The notes beneath the pieces were generated by a model, which did not search any database, was not told the origin of the DNA, and saw only the letters and a list, made by a program, of their open reading frames with translations. A stretch of 64,000 bases of DNA from a virus. Of this stretch, positions 59,826 to 64,000 are shown one piece after another. The DNA is taken from the IMG/VR virus record IMGVR_UViG_3300028844_004984. One strand, written 5' to 3'. Numbering within the stretch: position 1 is the stretch's first letter; every line of letters starts with the position of its first letter. The position numbers were made by a program, and so were the translations under genes.

Positions 59826-61039
59826 TGAGTATGAACTTTTGGGATACAGAACCAGCTAAACCAATCTTTGACTTTGAAACTCAAAAGAGGGAGTTAATCG
59901 AAAATATGGATTATCTATCTTCGATGACAGTTGAAGAACAAACACTTTACAAAAAGTGGGTTGAGTTACAAGAGCCCTCTATGATTAGGGATAAATCGCA
60001 CATTGCGGAACTATACCCAACACAGTGGGCTCCGGCTGATATTAACAATTTGGAACAAACCATTTCGGAGATTGAAGCGTTAGAACCTTATGTTGAGATT
60101 GTAGAAGATGCTAAGGATTCTACTAAATGGGCATATCTCAGAAGGATGATTCATACAATGGGGTTTACCGCCAATCCTGGTCGAAACGTTAAGATTAATG
60201 TTAAAGATAGGGTTACTGGAAAGCTTTTAGGGCAGATATCACTAGCATCTGATGTAACCTCTATGAAGGTTAGAGATGACTATATTGGGTGGAGTAAAGA
60301 TAATAAGTTCGTAGATAAAAAACTCAACCATACTACAATAGCATCTACAATTGTGTGTACTCAGCCACTTGGATTTAACTTCTTAGGTGGTAAGTTAGTT
60401 GCTATGATGACCACTGTGCCTGAAGTGAGGGAGTTTTGGAAAGATAAATATGGCCAGACCCTTATAGCAGTTGGGACTACATCTCTGTATGGAATTCACT
60501 CTCAGTACAATGGTATTCCTCACTTCAAAACATTAGGTGAATCGGCCGGAAAGATTTCAATAAAACCAGATGATAAGTACTACGAACCTTGGCATCAATG
60601 GATTAAAGAAAACAGAGCAGATTGGTACGAAACTGCAATTACGAATGAAAGAATCCGTAATGGTAAAAGTATGGGTGTAGCAAGTGGGCCTGTAAGTGGT
60701 ATCAAACAAAAGATTCTTGGGCAGATATTCAAAGAATGTGGTATCAAACAATCAGATTATCATCATGGGTTTAAAAGAGGTGTATATCTCGCTATGATGT
60801 ATGAGAATGGGCCGGAGTTCCTTAAAGGTGAAATTGGTGAAGATGAGCTAAAGATGAAGCAGAAGTTCGAAGAGGGTGTGGATTACATCAGTAGATGGTG
60901 GAAGAAAAAGGCAATAAAACGATACACCAAACTACACTCTGAAGGTAGATTGAAGCCAGAGCATTTGTTCTATATCGATGCGATTGGTATGAGTTGGGAA
61001 GATATGAAAAGTAAGTATTTGAAAGAAGTTGGTAGATAA
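59825..61039 (+). CDS. DUF4338/Druantia DruA-like protein
   Basis: NPGRN, LLGQISLASD..VRD.YIGW, QPLGFNFLGGKL, TTSLYG..SQY, LGESAG. Confidence 0.7.
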   Translation: MSMNFWDTEPAKPIFDFETQKRELIENMDYLSSMTVEEQTLYKKWVELQEPSMIRDKSHIAELYPTQWAPADINNLEQTISEIEALEPYVEIVEDAKDSTKWAYLRRMIHTMGFTANPGRNVKINVKDRVTGKLLGQISLASDVTSMKVRDDYIGWSKDNKFVDKKLNHTTIASTIVCTQPLGFNFLGGKLVAMMTTVPEVREFWKDKYGQTLIAVGTTSLYGIHSQYNGIPHFKTLGESAGKISIKPDDKYYEPWHQWIKENRADWYETAITNERIRNGKSMGVASGPVSGIKQKILGQIFKECGIKQSDYHHGFKRGVYLAMMYENGPEFLKGEIGEDELKMKQKFEEGVDYISRWWKKKAIKRYTKLHSEGRLKPEHLFYIDAIGMSWEDMKSKYLKEVGR

Positions 61040-61971
61040 TGAATAACACAGAAAACACACTTTGGGTTGAGAAGTACAGACCCGATACATTGGAAGGGTA
61101 TGTTGGAAACGAACATATCCTTGAGAAAGTAAAGATTTACATTGAGAATGAGGATGTACCTCACTTGCTACTCTATGGTGTGGCGGGTACTGGTAAGACT
61201 ACCCTCGCTAAAATCATTACCAATCAGATTGATTGTGATGTGATGTACATCAACGCTTCGGATGAAAACAACGTAGATACAGTTAGGGATAAGATTAGAG
61301 GATTCGCATCATCGATGGGATTCCGTAAGTGGAAAGTGATTATTTTGGATGAGAGCGATTACCTAACTCCGAACGCACAGGCGGCACTTCGTAATCTAAT
61401 GGAAACGTTCTCCAAAACAACACGATTCATTTTGACGTGTAACTATGTTGAAAAAATCATCGACCCAATTCAGAGTAGATGCCAAACGTTTGGTATTACA
61501 CCACCATCTAAGAAAGAGGTGGCGCTGCGTTTGAAAGAGATTTTGGATTCTGAGAATGTATCATATGAGATGCAGGATTTAGCTATTTTGGTAAATAGTG
61601 GATATCCTGATATTCGTAGAGTTCTGAACGCAGGACAACGGCAGGTTATAAAGGGTGAATTGAAGATTGATAAAACATCAACGATTCAAGCGAATTATAT
61701 GGATGAGGTATTGAATGTACTTAAATCTGATGGTAATGTAAAAGAGGTGTTCCTAAAGAGTAGGCAGATTATCGCAGATTCAAAAGTTAAGGACTTCACA
61801 CCATTCTACAGATTTTTGTACGATAATGTAGATGATTTCGCAGCTGGAAAAGTGGGTAACACAATAATCAAAATTGCAGATGCTCAATACAAAGATGCAT
61901 CAGTAGTGGATAAAGAAATCAACATCGTAGCGATGTTATTGGAAATTTTAATTGATATCAAAGGAAAATAA
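61039..61971 (+). CDS. Clamp loader AAA+ subunit (T4 gp44/RFC-like)
   Basis: LWVEKYRP, GVAGTGKTT, INASD, ILDESD, SRC. Confidence 0.95.
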   Translation: MNNTENTLWVEKYRPDTLEGYVGNEHILEKVKIYIENEDVPHLLLYGVAGTGKTTLAKIITNQIDCDVMYINASDENNVDTVRDKIRGFASSMGFRKWKVIILDESDYLTPNAQAALRNLMETFSKTTRFILTCNYVEKIIDPIQSRCQTFGITPPSKKEVALRLKEILDSENVSYEMQDLAILVNSGYPDIRRVLNAGQRQVIKGELKIDKTSTIQANYMDEVLNVLKSDGNVKEVFLKSRQIIADSKVKDFTPFYRFLYDNVDDFAAGKVGNTIIKIADAQYKDASVVDKEINIVAMLLEILIDIKGK

Positions 61972-61973
61972 TT

Positions 61974-62243
61974 ATGGCAAAAGGAAAGGGAAAATCAAAA
62001 ATAGTTGGAATGGGACAACCAACACAACAAGCACCACAAATGCAGTTAGACCCAACAAAGTTACCAACGGTACATTGTGAGAATTGTGATTCTATTTTTT
62101 GGGAAGAAGTGACAATGTTCAAAGAAGTTCCAGCGGTTCAATCACCGAATGGGCAGAAATCAATGTTACCAATTCCTGTAGTTAGATGTGCAGAGTGTGG
62201 GCATGTATCGGAAAAGTTTTTACCTAAAGAGTTATTACCTTAA
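61974..62243 (+). CDS. Small zinc-ribbon protein
   Basis: CENC...CAECGH. Confidence 0.7.
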   Translation: MAKGKGKSKIVGMGQPTQQAPQMQLDPTKLPTVHCENCDSIFWEEVTMFKEVPAVQSPNGQKSMLPIPVVRCAECGHVSEKFLPKELLP

Positions 62244-62698
62244 TGGCAAAAAAGAAAAGTGATAACACTGTAAAGGCTAAGAGTATCTTCCAACATCTTA
62301 GTGGTATAAAGGAGAAAAAAGATTCTTGGGAATCTCTATCTGAGATGGATAAGAAATCATTTACTCCATTTATCATAAATCGTTGGTTAAGTATGAACTT
62401 GGACTTACTACCTATCATAAATGTACTACAGAAGTACACAATCGGCTTGTTATCCGCCAGAGATGTATACAAAGTGTATTTGGATTTTCTACCAAAGCAA
62501 AAAACATTTGATAAGTACATCAAAGGTAAGAAAGATGGTAAGTACAACAAAGAGTTACTACAACACCTATCAACTTGGTATGGTGTATCACATAGAGAAG
62601 TAATTGATTATTTGGATATACTACCAAAGGATGAGGTGATTTCGATTCTAATGAAGTATGGTATGACCGATAAGGAAGCAAAAAAGTTATTGAAATGA
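62243..62698 (+). CDS. Clamp loader small subunit (T4 gp62-like)
   Basis: FTPFIINRWLSM, YIK, YGVS..E...YL; synteny. Confidence 0.7.
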   Translation: MAKKKSDNTVKAKSIFQHLSGIKEKKDSWESLSEMDKKSFTPFIINRWLSMNLDLLPIINVLQKYTIGLLSARDVYKVYLDFLPKQKTFDKYIKGKKDGKYNKELLQHLSTWYGVSHREVIDYLDILPKDEVISILMKYGMTDKEAKKLLK

Positions 62699-63105
62699 GC
62701 GAAGTATTAAGAGAATCAAAAACCAAAGTAGTTCACAGAGGTGAGCGAGTGGTTACAACGAATAAAGAAGAAACTGCAGTACAATACTGCGAACGAATGT
62801 ATCCTGATACCACAAATGAGTTCAAAGTTATTTTGGATGAGATGTATGATACATTCTGTAAGAAGCAACGTAACTATGGGCCAGGTAATATTTCGGTGGG
62901 AACTGATTTGAAAACCGATGATGATAAGAAGTTATCATTAACTGGGCTGTGGTTCAGAATCAACGATAAGGTTCAGCGATTGAAGCAATTGGTTGTATTA
63001 GGTCAACCAGATGAGGTTGGAGAATCAGTACAAGATACATATCAGGATTTGAGTGTATATGGTGTGATTGCTCAGATTGTTCAACGTGGAAAGTGGGCTA
63101 AATGA
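62695..63105 (+). CDS. Nucleotide modification-associated domain 1 (Nmad1/DUF1599-like) protein
   Basis: KKQRNYG, RINDKVQRL, ESVQDTYQDLSVYGVI. Confidence 0.75.
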   Translation: MSEVLRESKTKVVHRGERVVTTNKEETAVQYCERMYPDTTNEFKVILDEMYDTFCKKQRNYGPGNISVGTDLKTDDDKKLSLTGLWFRINDKVQRLKQLVVLGQPDEVGESVQDTYQDLSVYGVIAQIVQRGKWAK

Positions 63106-63539
63106 ACTGGAATGAATATTTCAGAGGTATAGCACACCAAGTAAAACTAAAATCAAAGGATGAACGTACTCAGATAGGTGCTGTTATCGTTGGAACTGAT
63201 AACGAAATCGTATCAACTGGGTACAATTCATTTCCCAGAGGTATTGTTGATTCTAAATCAGAAAGACAAGAAAGGCCTGAAAAATACTATTGGTTTGAGC
63301 ACGCAGAACGAAACGCAATCTACAACGCAGCTAGAATTGGAGTATCCACGAAAGGTTGTAGAATGTATCTAACTTGTGGTATTCCGTGTTCTGATTGTGC
63401 TAGGGGTATTATAAACGCAGGTATCATCGAAATCTATTGTGAGCGAGAGGGTGGTGCAACGGGCAGTAAGTGGGATGAATCAGCTATCCGTTCAATGAAG
63501 ATGTTCAATGAAACTGGAATAGAAATAAAATTCTATTAA
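63102..63539 (+). CDS. dCMP deaminase
   Basis: TGYN, HAERNAI, PCSDCAR.IINAGI. Confidence 0.92.
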   Translation: MNWNEYFRGIAHQVKLKSKDERTQIGAVIVGTDNEIVSTGYNSFPRGIVDSKSERQERPEKYYWFEHAERNAIYNAARIGVSTKGCRMYLTCGIPCSDCARGIINAGIIEIYCEREGGATGSKWDESAIRSMKMFNETGIEIKFY

Positions 63540-63561
63540 TTCAAAAAAATTAATCAAAATA

Positions 63562-63593
63562 GTTGGATATTCCAAATAATTTTCTTATATTAG
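63562..63593 (+). promoter_or_regulatory. Bacteroidota-type promoter; likely leaderless transcript
   Basis: GTTG-N20-TATATTAG; GTG 4 nt downstream. Confidence 0.6.
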
Positions 63594-63597
63594 TGTA

Positions 63598-64000
63598 GTG
63601 AAAGATAGTAAGATAAATAACGTATTTTCTCTTGGTATTAGAGAACCCAGTGATGGAGATGTTGGGGTATCATACTCCCAATACACAATGTATGCTAATT
63701 GCCCACATCAATGGAAGCTGAACTATATGGATGGTAACAGAACGTTTGACCCATCCATACATTTGGTGTTTGGTACAGCAATGCATGAAACACTACAAGA
63801 GTGGTTGGATATACTGTACAACAAATCACCCAAAGAAGCATCTGAGATAGATTTGGGTAAGATGTTGTATGAGTGTATGATTACCGAATATACAAAGATG
63901 CGTAAACAGACTGGTGTTGAATTTAGTTCACCATCTGAAATGGAGGAGTTCTTAGAAGATGGAATTGAGATTCTGAACTTTGTTACAAAGAATCGCTTGG
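63598..64000 (+). CDS. PD-(D/E)xK RecB/Cas4-like exonuclease, 3'-truncated by the window edge
   Basis: SYSQYTMYANCPHQWKLNY...FGTAMHETLQ; frame open to the end. Confidence 0.75.
   Translation, partial: MKDSKINNVFSLGIREPSDGDVGVSYSQYTMYANCPHQWKLNYMDGNRTFDPSIHLVFGTAMHETLQEWLDILYNKSPKEASEIDLGKMLYECMITEYTKMRKQTGVEFSSPSEMEEFLEDGIEILNFVTKNRL

Noticed and set aside
59825-61039. Complete Druantia defence system
   Set aside because: No DruE helicase or other Dru genes in the window.
828-62726. Numerous minus-strand and nested ORFs in the track (e.g. 41869-42600, 32893-33462, 18483-19046)
   Set aside because: They are antisense or out-of-frame shadows of well-supported + strand genes, with no recognisable motifs.
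1-64000. Stop-codon reassignment, introns/inteins, tRNAs, diversity-generating retroelement
   Set aside because: Core genes are intact at expected lengths in code 11 and end in TAA, TGA or TAG. No intein motifs, cloverleafs or reverse transcriptase were seen by eye.
63598-64000. Cas4 as part of a CRISPR system
   Set aside because: Stand-alone PD-(D/E)xK exonucleases are common in phage replication modules; no array or other cas genes are visible and the gene is truncated.

Overview
64 kb from a large T4-like (myovirus-type) dsDNA phage genome. Essentially all genes are on the + strand, in the standard genetic code, and the DNA is AT-rich. 1-40.1 kb is the late/morphogenesis region: terminase, portal, prohead protease, phage-encoded ribosomal protein bS21, scaffold, major capsid, PhoH, a Ser/Gly-rich fibre cluster with two S74 chaperone domains, an RMT2/GAMT-like methyltransferase, neck, sheath, tube, tape measure and baseplate. 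40.1-64 kb is the replication/nucleotide region: PolA-like protein, SSB, UvsX/RecA, 5'-3' exonuclease, helicase, NrdB/NrdA/thioredoxin, PolB, clamp and clamp loader. Promoters of the TTTG-N20-TAnnTTTG type point to a Bacteroidota host (inference). Most notable: (1) a candidate clamp-tethered DNA hypermodification set within the replisome genes (two Mom-like GNATs, GT-B glycosyltransferase, DruA/DUF4338-like, Nmad1, MazG-like, dCMP deaminase), four of which share a short [NQS]F[FW] motif with PolB; (2) a candidate translational switch with leaderless replication genes, SD-led late genes and a phage bS21; (3) a compact riboswitch-like RNA in a fibre-gene leader; (4) a probable +1/-2 frameshift joining gp26-like and gp51-like ORFs; (5) a late promoter that is the reverse complement of the T4 motif; (6) paired C-terminal/N-terminal motifs linking consecutive fibre genes. 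All family assignments come from motif recognition by eye; no searches were run.
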